Source: Mobula hypostoma (Eukaryota). Taken from it: a DNA stretch of 64,000 bases. Positions 1 through 12,901 of the stretch are shown here, one piece after another. The stretch covers positions 16,122,001 through 16,186,000 of the forward strand of contig NC_086118.1 in NCBI RefSeq assembly GCF_963921235.1, written 5' to 3'. The notes under the pieces were generated by a model, which was not told where the DNA came from, searched no databases, and was given only the letters and a program-made list of their open reading frames with translations. The stretch's first letter is position 1; each line of letters starts with the position of its first letter. The position numbers and the translations under genes are program-made.

Positions 1-757
1 GTAAGCATAAGTGCTACACCTGTCCCTATACCTCCTCTCTTGCCACCATTCAGGGCCCCAAACAGTCCTTCTAGATAAGGCAACACTTCACTTGTGAGTC
101 TGTTGGGGTCATCCATTGCATCCGGTGCTCCTGGTGCGGCCTCCTCTACATCGGTGAAACCTGACGCAGATTGGGGGACCGCTTCGTCGAGCACTTCCAC
201 TCCGTCTGCCACAACAGACAGGATCTCCCAGTAGCCACCCACTTCAACTCTGCTTCCCATTCGGATATGTCCATACATACCCTCCTCTACTGCCATGATG
301 AGGCTAAACTCAGGTTGGAGGAGCAACACCTCATATACCGTCTGGGTAGTCTCCAGCCCCTTGGTATGAACATTGAATTCTCCAACTTCCGGTAATTCCC
401 TCCAACTTCCGGTAATTCTCTCTCCCTCCCTTCCCCCATCCCAATTTCACTCTGCCCCCTCCCCCAGCTGCCTACCACCTCCCTCATGGTTCCGCCTTCT
501 TCTACTACCCATTGTGCTTTCCCCTGTTCCTTCTTCAAATTTCCTGCCTATTCCCTCCCCCACCCCTTTATCTTTCCCCTTACTAGTTTTTCACCTGGAA
601 CCTTCTAGCCTTCTCCTTCCCACCCTCCCCCCACCTTCTTTGTAGAGCTTCTGCCCCTTCCCTCTACAGTCCTGACGAAGGGCTCCAGCCCGAAATGTTG
701 ACTGATCGTTTCCACAGATGCTGCCCGACCTGCTGAGATCCTCCAGCGTGTTGTGAC
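1..757 (+). mobile_element. Penelope-like retroelement 3' part (GIY-YIG endonuclease remnant plus terminal repeat)
   Basis: Translation gives CYTC...VIHCIRCSWCGLLYIGET*RRLGDRFVEH...VATHFN...LEEQHLIYRLGSLQPLGMN (GIY-YIG with Cys/His motif, internal stops), followed by a pyrimidine-rich tail and a hammerhead motif. Confidence 0.88.
667..704 (+). ncRNA. Minimal type I hammerhead ribozyme motif in Penelope-like tail
   Basis: CAGTC-CTGACGA-A-GGGCT-CC-AGCCC-GAAA-TGTT-GACTG: CUGANGA and GAAA core, stem I CAGTC/GACTG, stem II GGGCT/AGCCC. Confidence 0.75.
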
Positions 758-759
758 GG

Positions 760-945
760 TCCTACTGCGCACTGCCATGCTGGGCTGAGCTTGGTCACTG
801 CCCGCCACTGCGAGCGTTAGCATCACGCATCGCGCGAAGTTCAAAAAAACTGATTACTTTTGTTTTAATCACAATCTCTCGCGGAACCCATAGCAACCTC
901 TCACAGAACACTAGGGTTCTACGGAACCCCGGTTGAGAAACCCTG
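760..945. mobile_element. hAT (Charlie-like) DNA transposon end
   Basis: Ends in GGTTGAGAAACCCTG (reverse complement CAGGGTTTCTCAACC, a hAT-like TIR) with subterminal GGAACCC repeats; other end not in window. Confidence 0.5.
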
Positions 946-999
946 ATATAGAGGGAATAAATAAGTAAATCAATTACAAGTATACTTATGTATATTTAG

Positions 1000-1475
1000 T
1001 TAAATTAAAAAGTGTAAAATCAAAAATAATATATAAAAAAGTGAGGTAGTGTTCATGGGTTCAATGTCCATTTAAGAATCGGATGGTAGAGGGGAAGAAG
1101 CTGTTCATCAATCGCTGAGTGTGCATTTTTAGGCTTCCGTACCTCCTTCCTGATGGTAACAGTGAGAAGAGGGCACGGCCTGGGTGATGTGGGTCCTTAA
1201 TAATGGATGCTACCTTTCCGAGGCACCGCTCCTTGAAGACGTCTTGGATACTACGGATGCTAGTACCCAAGATGGAGCTGATTAATTTTACAATATTCTG
1301 CAGCTTCTTTCAATCCTATGCAGTAGCCCCCCTCCCCTCCACACACCCTTACCAGACCGAGATGCAGCCAGTCAGAATGCAGAATCCCCAGGGTAGATTT
1401 GTAGAGTTTTTGAATGTTTTAGTTTTAGTTGACAAAGCATATGTCCTTAAACTCCTAATGAAGTATAGCCACAAT
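1000..1475 (-). mobile_element. Rex1/Babar-like LINE 3' fragment
   Basis: ORF 1061-1270 has IIKDPHHPG..LFSLLPSGRRY..RLMNSFFPSTIRFLN, the typical C-terminal motif of Rex1/Babar-type RT proteins. Confidence 0.7.
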
Positions 1476-4400
1476 ATACCTTTATAAATCCTTAATAAAT
1501 CAGAACTCCTCTATGCATGTTAAAATTGTTAAGAACTATGTCTAAATTTAAAAACGTATCATAAAATTTTTTAAAGGTTCAAAGGTCAAGTTTAATGTCG
1601 GAGAAACGTATACAGTACAATATACATCCTGAAATGCTTTTTCTTTGCAAAACATCCATGAAATTAGACAAGTGTCCCAAAGAATGAACGACAGTTAAAC
1701 ATGAAAACCCCAAAGTCCTCCCCCCAGATTACCCGCACTCCCCCTGCGCACGCCTAAGCGACAGTGTGCTACGATCCCCCTCCCCCCACCAGAAAAAATA
1801 TAGGCACATTGGTGCTATCACTGAGACCAAGCGCGTGCTAAGCAATTGCAAAGACAAAGACCAAAGTTACCCCAAAAGCTTTGACAACCCACAGGTTCTC
1901 TCTCCCTGGCAAGGGAGAGGGAGGTGTCCCCCAGTTTCACATCAAAATAAACAATTTTCACAATTAAAATAAACTGTTTAAACTACTTCGTTGGATGAAA
2001 AGTGTCTCCTTCTTGGTAGGAAGGGTGGACCCACCAATCAAGCAATGGATATTGGAGGCTCTACCTTGCTGAGTAAGCTAACCCTTGGGTACACTATAAC
2101 CTCCCTACGTTGATATCTGTATCGGATAGGGCTTAAAATCTTCCTTTGGGTTCAGGGTTTCGCACACAGAGAAACCAATACCACCACAATGTGTCACCGA
2201 CTGAGAGAGCTGAATGTCTTTCTTCCATCTCATAAAGAAATATAGAAAGATCTTTCACCAAGCATTTACTCAGTTCATCCAACGTGTGGTTCTGTATCAC
2301 GTGCTCCTGGAAAGTACTCCAAGGCATTTTTCACCTAATTTGTATCATGCAAATATAAACTGCTTTTGTTAGTTTATATAATAATCTTACAGTTTGTGAT
2401 TCCCTCCATTGCTCCATCTCAATTGACTTTAATTATATTCCAAAATGACCAGACTGGCCAACATTGTACTGCCCAAGTTTACTCTGCCAAAAAAAAAACA
2501 CAACTCCAGCAAAAGTGAAAGCAGAGAACTGGCTCAGAATTTAAAAACCATTTGAATATCTACTTAAATGGGAAGGCAGAGAGGGACACAGGCCGATGGA
2601 GGCAAATAGAATAACTGTAGATGGACAGTGCAGTTGGCATGGATGAAGTGGGCTAAAAGGGCCATATGATTCAATGAACTTAAGATGTTTCATTATCTGC
2701 TGAATCGGTGCCACAACCAACTCTCTCAGACTATTCAGTGACCTTAAAAAGAGCTCCAGTGACTTTCTGAAAGCTGGTTTTAAATTTTGACCAGCTACTA
2801 ATAGGTCTTAAACTATATAAAGATTAATCATTGATATCTCTTCTGGAGCAGAGCACTGAAACCAGTCATAAAAGCTAACAATGGAATGTCCCAGAATAAA
2901 TGTAAGGGAACTGAAACCACTCAGTGGGGGAGTTGTGCAGGGGAGGGGCTTTAGGATTAATTATCATGTTACAGTTCTTTTTTGCGCCAGGGGTGGGTTT
3001 GCTTTTTTTCTCTGAACTGACATCGATGGTTTTTCTTGATTTCGAGACTATCTGGAGAAGAATCTCAGAGTTGAATGCTGCATATGTACTTTGATAATAA
3101 ATTAGCTTTTGATCTTTTGTACACCTGTTTAAGAATACAGTGATTAAAAATACCACATTTATTCTTCAAGGCTCAAACTTGTTAATGCCATTTCCGGTAC
3201 CTAAGTATAAAGGACACTTGCTCTCACAGGAAGAAATTAGTTCATTTAAAGTAGCAGAAGAGTCTAGTAACTAGTGAATTTCATTACAAAAGTTAATTGG
3301 CCAACAGTTCAGCCTGGTGATTTCCTCATTTAGGTAAGTTCTTGTGTGTGTGGGTATCATTACATTGTTTCAATATAGCTGCAACTAAAATCAACCTCAC
3401 ATCACTCTAGATGTTGACTGCCTTGGCCCAACCCTCTCTCACCCATCCTCCCTGCTCCCAAAGGGTAGCAGGAGTATTGTGGGTCCAATTAAAGACCTAT
3501 GATCAGGTACAAATGTTTAATTATAAGTACTTAATATCCATTTTGGAAAATATTATTTGAATCCCATAACAGATATACATACAAGGAATGAATGCTGACC
3601 CGGAGCATCACGACTAGTTACTTATAATACTAATTTGCTTAATATAAGAACGTCTTAAAAACTGACAGCCTTTCAGTTGCAGTAAATCATAAATACAAGA
3701 GATTCTACAAAGCTGGAAATCCAGTGCAATACACACACAAAATGTACGGAATGACATGCTGAGTTTCTCCAGCATTTTATATGAGTGGCAGTGAATGTTG
3801 TTTTTTGAGAAACTTTCGTGCTCAGGCAGGGAATCAGTTAGAATTGTTGAACAGGTTCAATTTTCAACTTATACAGATGTGGAAGCTGTGAGAAAGGTCT
3901 TTAATCGGTCGAGTCATAGAAAAGTTCAGCGCAGAAACAGGCTCTTTGGCCCATCTAGTCTGTGCTGAACCATTTAAACTGCCTGCTTCCATCTACCTGC
4001 ACCAGGACCGTAGCCCTCCATACCTCTACCATCCAAACTACTCTTAAACGTTGAAGTCGAGCTGGCATGCAGCACTTGTGCTGGCAGCTCGTTCCACACT
4101 CTTACAACCCTCTGAGTGAAGAAGCTTCCCTCCATGTTCCCCTTAAACTTTTCACCTTTCACCCTTAACACTTGACCGCTAGCCATAGTCCCACCCAGCC
4201 TCAGTGGAAAAAGCCTGCTTGCATTTGCCCTATCTATAACCCTCATCATTTTGTATACCTCTGCCAAAACTCCTCTCAATCTTCTACGATCCAAGGAATA
4301 AAGACCTATCCTATTCAATCTTTCCTTATAACTCGGTAACATCCTTGTAAATTTTCTCTGTACTCTTTCAACCTTATGTACATCTTTCCTGTAGGTAGGT

Positions 4401-4742
4401 GACCAAAACTGCACACAATACTCCAAACTAGCCTCACCAGTGACTTGTACAATTTCAACATAACATCCCATCTCAGTACTCAACACTTTGATTTATGAAA
4501 GCCAATGAGCCAAAAGCTTTCTTTATAACCCTACATACCTGTGACACCACTTCAATGGATTATGGATCCCTTTGTTCCACCAGACTCCTTAGTGCTCACG
4601 TTCACTGTGAAAGCCCTACCCTGATTGGTCCTACCAAAGTGCAACATCTTGCATTTGTCTGCATTAAATTCTAGCTGTCTTTTTTTCAGATCAAAGTTGC
4701 TGGTGAACGTAGCAGGGCAGGCAGCATCTCTAGGAAGAGGTG

Positions 4743-4779
4743 CAGTCAACGTTTCAGGCCGAGACCCTTGGTCAGGACT
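4743..4779 (-). ncRNA. Hammerhead ribozyme motif, core-mutated copy
   Basis: Minus strand AGTC-CTGACCA-AGGGTCTCGGCCT-GAAA-CGTT-GACTG; CUGACCA departs from the CUGANGA consensus. Confidence 0.6.
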
Positions 4780-5440
4780 AACTGAAGGAAGAGTGAGTAA
4801 GGGATTTGAAAGTTGGAGGGGGAGGGAGAGATCCAAAATGATAGGAGAAGACAGGAGGGGGAGAGATGGAGCCAAGAGCTGGACAGGTGATAGGCAAAAG
4901 GGATATGAGAGGATCATGGGACAGGAGGTCCAGGAAGAAAGACGGGGGGGGGGGACCAGAGGATGAGCAAGGAGTATATTCAGAGGGACAGAGGGAGAAA
5001 AAGGAGAGTGAGAGAAAGAATGTGTGTATAAAAATAAGTAACAGATGGGGTACGAGGGGGAAGTGGGGCATTAGCGGAAGTTAGAGAAGTCAATGTTCAT
5101 GCCATCAGGTTGGAGGCTACCCAGACGGAATATAAGGTGTTGGAATATAAGGCCCCACCTCCCCCTCGTACCCCATCTGTTACTTATTTTTATACACACA
5201 TTCTTTCTCTCACTCTCCTTTTTCTCCCTCTGTCCCTCTGAATATACCCCTTGCCCATCCTCTGGGTCCCCCCCACCGTCTTTCTTCCCGGACCTCCTGT
5301 CCCATGACCCTCTCGTATCCCTTTTGCCTATCACCTGTCCAGCTCTTGGCTCCATCCCTCCCCCTCCTGTCTTCTCCTATCATTTCGGATCTCCCCCTCC
5401 CCCTCCAACTTTCAAATCCCTTACTCACTCTTCCTTCAGT

Positions 5441-5478
5441 TAGTCCTGACGAAGGGTCTCGGCCTGAAAAGTCGACTA
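5441..5478 (+). ncRNA. Hammerhead ribozyme motif
   Basis: TAGTC-CTGACGA-AGGGTCTCGGCCT-GAAA-AGTC-GACTA with perfect 5-bp stem I. Confidence 0.7.
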
Positions 5479-8400
5479 CACCTCGTCCTAGAGATGCTGC
5501 CTGGCCTGCTGCGTTCACCAGCAACTTTGATGTGTGTTGCTTGAATTTCCAGCATCTGCAGAATTCCTGTTGTTTGTGTCATTTTTTTAGACCATTTTTC
5601 CAGCTGGCCCAGATCCTGCTGCAAGCTATGATAGCCTTCCTCACTGCCCACTCCTGCAAATTTTGGTGTCATTGATGTCATCTGCAAATTTGCTGATCCA
5701 GTTAACCACATTATTATCCAGATTATTGATATAGATGACAGACAACAATGGATTCAGCACTGATCCCCGCTGTTCTCCACTAGTCTCAGACCTCCAGTCA
5801 GAGAGGCAACTATCTACTACCACTCTCCGGCTTCTCAAATAAAGCCAATGTCTGATCCAGTTTAGTACCTCATCTTGAATGCTGAGTGACTGAATCTCTT
5901 TGACTAACCTCCCATGCAGGACATTGCCAAATGCCTTGATCAAGTCCATGTAGGCAACATCCACTGTTTTGCTTTCACAACTTTCCTGGTAACTTACTTG
6001 GAAAAACTCGTCAAGATTAGTTCGATGTGATGTACCACACACAAAGCTATGCTGACTATTCTTGATCAGTCCATGTCTATCCGATTACTGATATATCCAG
6101 TCCCTTAGAATACCATTCAATAACTTTCCTACTACTGATGTGTCAGACTCACCGGCCTATAGTTTCCTAGTTTATTTTTAGAGTCTTTCCTAAATAGTGG
6201 AACAACATTGGCTATCCTCCAGTCCTCTGATATCTCAACTGTTGCTAAAGATGATTTGAATAACTCTGCTAGGGCCCTGGCAACTTCTGCTCTTGCCTCT
6301 CACAGAGTCTGAGGGAACACCTTGTCAGGCCCTAGGGATTTATTTACCCTAATATGCCTCAGGACAGCAAACACCACCTTCTCTGTAATCTGTATAGGGT
6401 CCGTAAAGTTAATGTTAGTTTGCCTCACTTCTATAGACTCTGCATCCATCTCCAGAGTAAATACAGATGCAAAAAATTAATTTAGGATCTCCCCCATCAT
6501 TTTTGGCTTTACCCATAGGTTACCATCTTGATCTTCCGAGAACAATATTGTCCCTTACAATTCCTTTACTCTTAACATATCTGTAGACTTCCTGAGGATT
6601 CTCCTTCACCTTGTTTGGTCTGGCAACGTCATGCCTTCTTTTAGCCTTCCTGATTTCTTTCTGGGAGTGTTCTCTAGCATTTCTTATACTCCATAAGCAT
6701 CTCATTTGTTCTTACTTGCATAAACCTGCTAGGCACCTCCATTTTTTTTCCCCTTAACCATGGCTTCAAAATCTCTTGAAAAACAATGTTCCCTAAACCT
6801 GTTTTCTTTATCTTTTGACAGGCACATACAAGGTTTGTACTCACAAAATTTCAAGTTTGAAGGCCCTCCTCTTACCAAGTGCACCTTTGCCAGGAAACAC
6901 CTCATCCCCAATCCATGCTTCTCAAATCCTGTCTGATACCATAAGAAATGGCCTTTCTCCAATTTAGAATCTTAACCCATAAACCAGACCTATTTTTTGC
7001 ATTATTTTAAAATTAATTGCACTGTGATCACTCAGTGCAAAATGACCCCTTACACAAACTTCTGTCACCTGTCCTGTCTCATTCCATAACAGGAGATCAA
7101 GTATCATGCACTCTCTCATTGGTTCGTCTGCATACTGATGAAGGTATCTTTCTTGAACATGTTCGACAAATTATATTCCATCTAGTCCTTTTACAGCATG
7201 GCGATCCCATTCAATATGTTAAAATCACCTACTATAAAACCTCATGTTTCTTGCAACAGTCTGCAGTCTCTCTGCAAATTTGTCCCTCTAAATCCCTCAG
7301 TTTATTAGGTGGTCTATAATATAGCCCCATTAACGTAGTCAAAATCTTTCTTACTGTTCAGTTCCACCCATAACACCTCTCCAGACGGGTTCTCCAGTCA
7401 GTTCTGACTGAGCACTATGTGACATTTTCCCTGACTAGTAATGCCACCCCTCTTCATTTAATCCCTCCCATGGTCACGACTAAAACAATGGAACTCTGGA
7501 ATATTGAGCTACTGGTCCTGCCCCTCCTGCAACCATGTGTCACGAAAGGCTGCAATATCATGTTTTCAGGTGTTGATCCATGTCCTGAGCTTATCCACAT
7601 ATTTTACAATATTTCTTGCATTGAAGTATATGCAGCTTAGAACATTAGTCACACCATGGTCAACCTTTTGATTCCTGACTTTGCCTGAGGTCTTAACAAC
7701 ATTGGTCTCCACAACCTCTCCCCTATCTGTTTTGGCACTCTGGTTCCCATCCCCCACCCCCTGCAGCACCAGCAAACCTTACCACTAGGATATTAGTCCC
7801 CTTCCAATTCAGGTTCAAACCATCTCTTTTGTGTAGGTTTCACCTTCCCTGGAAGAGAGCCCAATGATCCAAAAATATTATGCCCTCCCTCTTACACATA
7901 AATCCTTAGCTATGTGTTAAACTGTACAATCTTCCTACTTCTGGCCTCCCTAGCACATGGTATGTGTAGCAATCATGAGATCAGAAGCCTTTAACCTAGC
8001 ACCTAACTCACTTTGCAGAACCTTGTCACTCTTCCTACCTATGTCATTGGTGCTTGTGGCATTGTTATGCCACTCAGTTAGTCACTCCAACATAGGAGGG
8101 GTTCACATGCCAGCATTATTAATAAAGCTCAGTTGAATATCCTGCATGCTGGCCTTCTGGTGTGTTCTGCACTCTCCCAAAATATCGAACACAACATGGC
8201 CTCAGAAGTGGTTGATTGTCAATAAATTGCTGCTACTGACCAAGTGAGACCCCAAAAAGGCAAGAATTTACAGTAAAACTGTTTTTGTTCGCACATATCT
8301 ATGAAAAATATCCAAGAATTATCAACCTAAACTGTCTATGCTAGTTTGCTAAGTTGTATGCACCATGAGGCTGAGCTGAGTTGCTAGGCAACACCTTCAG

Positions 8401-9101
8401 GCTGCACCCAAAAGTGACTACATTGTAATAATCTGTGGGCCACTAGCCTGGAGAAGTGCACAGAGACACAGACACAGCAGAGAAGTCAGTCAAACATTCA
8501 AGAGAAAAGAAGACTTGTTGTCCAAACGAATAAAATAATAAATAGACAAACAGGAAAATGGAGAAAATACCTGCATCTACTTACCTAATAAAGCCCCCGA
8601 GATATTTGATTTCTCTAAACTAGGAACATTAAGAGATGGCTCAGATGGTTTGAGGGATTTAGGGCCGCAAACAATCTCACTCGGGCTTCAGAAGAGCACC
8701 AAGAAAGTACACTGATATATTGCATGGAGGACAAAGCAGAGGACACCATGGGTGGATTAGGACTGACAGATACTCAGGAAAAGGAATTCAAAACAGTGCA
8801 GGAAAAAAAATTGAAGAAAACTTCACAGGAAAATAATATGTGATATATGAGAGGAAATGGGGTGTAGTCAGAAACACTACAGTAAGAGGAGAGAGGAGAT
8901 CTCAGCTCAAACAAAACAGACAAGTGAAACAAAGAACAGGTAAAATGTCCAAATGCAGGAGATGCAGCAAGTCTTCATTCCATGTCAAAGAGCTCTGTTC
9001 AGCAGAATAATTAAAATGCCACCAAAGCAATAGAGTTAGCCATGATAAAAGCCAGAGTTACTCAAAAACAGTTCCTCAGGAAGTCTAAGACGACCATGAT
9101 T

Positions 9102-9559
9102 TCATATGAAGAAAGACTGGATGAACTGGGCTTGTACTCGTTGGAATTTAGAAGATTGAGGGGGGATCTGATTGAAACGTATAAGATCCTAAAGGGATTG
9201 GACAGGCTAGATGCGGGAAGATTGTTCCCGATGTTGGGGAGGTCTAGAACGAGGGGTCACAGTTTGAGGATAGAGGGGAAGCCTTTTAGGACCGAGGTTA
9301 GGAAAAACTTCTTCACACAGAGAGTGGTGAATCTGTGGAATTCTCTGCCACAGCAAACTGTTGAGGCCAGTTCATTAGCTATGTTTAAAAGGAAGTTAGA
9401 TATGGCCCTTGTGGCTACAGGGGTCACGGGGTATGGAGGGAAGGCTGGGTTCTGAGTTGGATGATCAGCCATGATCATAATAAATGGCGGTGCAGGCTCG
9501 AAGGGCCGAATGGCCTACTCCTGCACCTATTTTCTATGTTTCTATGTTTCTATGTTTCT
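9102..9559 (+). mobile_element. 5'-truncated CR1 inserted in the Gypsy element
   Basis: SYEERLDELGLYSLEFRRLRGDLIETYKIL...FFTQRVVNLWNSLP; (TTTCTATG)4 tail; ATGATT on both sides. Confidence 0.92.
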
Positions 9560-10345
9560 ATGATTCAGACGAAGAGAGACCTTTCCTTGGGACTGTAGAT
9601 TCAAATAGGCAAGGCTGGTGTACTGTGGTTTAGATGCAAAATGAGGTAGTGACATTCAAAATGGACACTGGGTTAGATGTCACAGCCATCCCTGAATGTC
9701 TGTTCACAAAACTGGTGAAGATAACAGGTGTTATCCTAAACCTAACAAAGACAGTACCCATGGGGACAGGAAAACAAACTCAGTGTGAAAGGAATGTTTA
9801 CTATTCCCATCCTGAAAAATGAGAAACGGATGTTTGTGTTGTTCAGAATCTCTTCTTACCACTACTGGGACAACATGCCATTAAGAAGTTGAACCTCATT
9901 GCAGGGTTTGATTTGCTAAACAATGTTCAGTAGCAGGAGAGGTACCTGGAGTTGTTCACAGGAAAGAAGAATACCTTATCTAAGTGAGGCCAGGAGTGAC
10001 ATCCGACTCTCTGACTACAGTGAGGTGCATACCAGTCCCATTGCTGAACAAAGTCGAAGCTGAACTTGAGAGCATGGAGGTGTTTGATATCATAACTAGA
10101 GTGAATGGACCTAGTGACTGGTGTGCAAACATTGTTTCTGTTCCCAAGCGAAATGGTACAGCGAGGATCTGTGTTGATCTAACAAAATTGAATAATGCAG
10201 TGAAGTGGGAGAAATTCATTCTGCTCTCTGTTGAGCACACAGTTGGTAGGCTGGGTGGGGCAAAATTCTTCACCAAACTAGATGCAAACTCAGGGTTCTG
10301 GGAGATCCGTTTAGCTCCTGAGTCACAGGAGCTCACAACCTTTAT

Positions 10346-10371
10346 CACACACACACACACACACACACACA
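10346..10371. repeat. (CA)13 microsatellite inside Gypsy RT
   Basis: Direct reading; gives the THTHTH run in ORF 9984-10418. Confidence 0.95.
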
Positions 10372-10459
10372 TTCACTCCCTTTTGGCATCTCATCAGCCC
10401 CTGATCTCTTTCAGATGAGGATGAACCAAAGTTTGGAGGGACTGGAAGAAGTATCTGTC

Positions 10460-12291
10460 TTTCTTTTTAAATCTTTTTATTGAATAAGTATACAAAAAGG
10501 TAAACCATATAAACATTAATACAATGTTAAAATATAATAGAATTCCAGAAGGTATCAATACCAAAAAAAAATACTACAAACAATGTAATTTAAACATAAA
10601 AAAACAAGATAACATAATAGTATACTAAATTTTATATATATATATCCATGGAAAAAAAAGAAAAAAAAATCCCAAAAAACAACCCACCGTGCAACTAACT
10701 AAAAGCAAAGCAAAGCAATGGGCTAACTTGAAACCAAACAGAGTTAAACTTAAAATCACGTCCTCAATCCCAACCTCCTTTAAAAACAGTGAAAAAAAAC
10801 AAGAAGGGTATGTATTACATTAAATGAAAGTATCGAATAAAAGGTCCCCAAATCTGTTCAAATTTAAATGAAGAATCATAAAGGTTGCTTCTAATTTTCT
10901 CCAGATTCAAACATAAAATCGTCTGAGAGAACCAAAAAAAGGTAGTTGGAGCATTAAGCTCTTTCCAGTGTTGTAAAATACACCTTTTCGCCATTAAAGT
11001 AAGAAATGTGATCATTCTACGGGCTGAAGGGGAAAGATTACTAGAAATTTTAGGAAGTCCAAAGATAGCAGTAATAGGGTGAGGGGAGATATCTATATTT
11101 AATACCTTAGAAATAATATTAAAAATATCTCTCCAAAAAGTTTCCAAAGTAGGACAAGACCAAAACATATGAGTTAAAGAGGCTATCTGCCCCGAACATC
11201 TATCACAAAAAGGATTAATATGCGAGTAAAAACGCGCTAACTTATCTTTGGACATATGTGCTCTATGAACCACTTTAAATTGAATTAGGGAATGTTTAGC
11301 ACAAATAGAGGAAGTATTAACTAATTGTAAAATCTGCCCCCAATCATCCACAGAAATGGTAAGCCCCAATTCCTGTTCCCAATCTACCCTAATCTTATCA
11401 AATGGAGCTTTCCTAAGTTTCATAATAATATTATAAATCATAGCCGATGCACCTTTCTGACATGGATTGAGGTTAATTATCGAATCTAAAATATATGTAG
11501 GAGGAAGCATTGGAAAGGAAGAAAGTATAGTACTTAGGAAATTTCTAACTTGTAAGTATCTAAAAAAATGTATTCTTGATAAATTATATTTATTAGATAA
11601 TTGTTCAAAAGACATAAGGGAACCATCTAAAAATAAATCCAAAAACCGTAAAATACCCTTAGTCTTCCAGGTTTGAAAAGCGCGATCCGTAAAAGAGGGA
11701 GGAAAAAATATGTTACCTAAAATAGGAATCGCTAACCCGAATTGATTAAGATCAAAAAATTTTCTGAATTGAAACCAAATGCGCAAAGCATATTTAACTA
11801 TCGGGTTAGAGACCTGCTTAAGGCGTTTCGAATCAAAAGGGAGAGAGGAGCCTAAAATAGAGCCAAGTGTATAACCCTGAACAGATTGTAGTTCCAATGC
11901 GACCCATTTAGGAATAGATAGTATATCCTGATCAAGTAACCAAAATTTCATATGTCGAATATTAATAGCCCAATAATAGAATCTAAAGTTAGGTAATGCT
12001 AAACCTCCATCTCTCTTAGCTTTCTGTAAATGTATTTTACCCAGTCTCGGATTCTTATTCTGCCAAATAAATGAAGAAATTTTAGAGTCAACTTTATCAA
12101 AGAAAGATTTTGGAACAAAAATTGGTAATGCCTGAAACACATATAAAAATTTTGGCAAAAAAAACATCTTAACTGCATTAATAAGACCAATCAAAGTTAA
12201 ATATAAGGGAAACCATTTAGATGAAAGTTGAGTAATATGGTCTATTAATGGTAAAAAGTTAATCTTAAATAAATCTTTATATTTACAAGTA
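10460..12291 (-). mobile_element. 5'-truncated L1-clade LINE with 17-bp target-site duplication
   Basis: ORF 10815-12323 has GGLALPNFRFYYWA and the C-terminal zinc knuckle CDRC..SLTHMFWSC; A-rich tail with AATAAA; flanks TGGAAGAAGTATCTGTC (10443-10459) and TGGAAGGAGTATCTGTC (12292-12308). Confidence 0.93.
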
Positions 12292-12396
12292 TGGAAGGAG
12301 TATCTGTCACATGGACAAGACAATCATCTTCAGAGGCTCAATTATGGACAAAAGTATGGAAACTGCCTTGGAGAAACAGAAACAAGCTGGATTCGT

Positions 12397-12901
12397 TGTT
12401 GCGGATAAACGTCAGGAGCAGCAGACAGAATAGATCAGGCCGACTCAGAGAGTTGTTACAGACTAAAGGATTTCATTTACATGATATCATGGAGAGCCCA
12501 AGCACCTAAAAGCGGGATCTTGGAACTCTGCTTAACAATAGAGTACACTCTTATTTATACCCCAAAGGTACGTGACAGGAAGCACTCAAAGCTGTAAGGA
12601 GGAACCTAAAGTACAATCCTACAGAATAGCGAAGCTGCACAATATGTCCTTGAGAGGTTATACATTTTCTTAAGTGTTAGTTCTCAGGACAGTATATCAG
12701 GCTTTCCCAAGCGCAGACATGTGATGATTCTTAGAACAAGGAAGCACAGACATAGTTTTTTCCCATACCGTCTACAAAGCACATTTCAGTCACACAGTGT
12801 ACATCAGTCGCAGATAAGTGATTACAGACTTTGAATTCACATACTAGAAGGTCATTAACCCCTTAACATTCGTCACAATGTCTTACTATTTTTCTTTCAC
12901 A
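12397..12901 (-). mobile_element. Solo LTR (~505 bp)
   Basis: TG...CA ends, 5-bp flanks TTCGT/TTCAT, TATA-like GGGGTATAAATAAG on minus; removal restores host RT frame AGFVLNKKKC. Confidence 0.7.

Larger units (their letters stand above)
4690..5576. mobile_element. Penelope-like insertion made of two inverted terminal copies
   Basis: 4690-5069 and 5152-5531 are near-perfect reverse complements; spacer encodes QHLIFRLGSLQPDGMNIDFSNFR on minus; each arm has a hammerhead motif. Confidence 0.88.
3912..8052 (-). mobile_element. Degenerate CR1 LINE (part of ORF1, APE endonuclease, RT, 3' end), interrupted by a Penelope-like insertion
   Basis: Fragments LSCIYFNARNI (APE start), DVAYMDLIKAF, ISKFADD, LEYCVQFWSP, FFTQRVVRVWNELP; many stops and frameshifts. 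Confidence 0.9.

Noticed and set aside
2133..2327. 64-aa ORF in apparently unique sequence
   Set aside because: No recognisable domain or convincing splice context.
4552..5675. Cluster of overlapping 70-120 aa ORFs recurring at 25062, 26703 and 57833
   Set aside because: Chance frames in the low-complexity Penelope terminal repeat, not a gene family.
10815..12323. 502-aa ORF as a possible domesticated gene
   Set aside because: It is the 3' part of L1 ORF2; its first residues come from antisense Gypsy flank, and a near-identical copy lies at 58963-60440.
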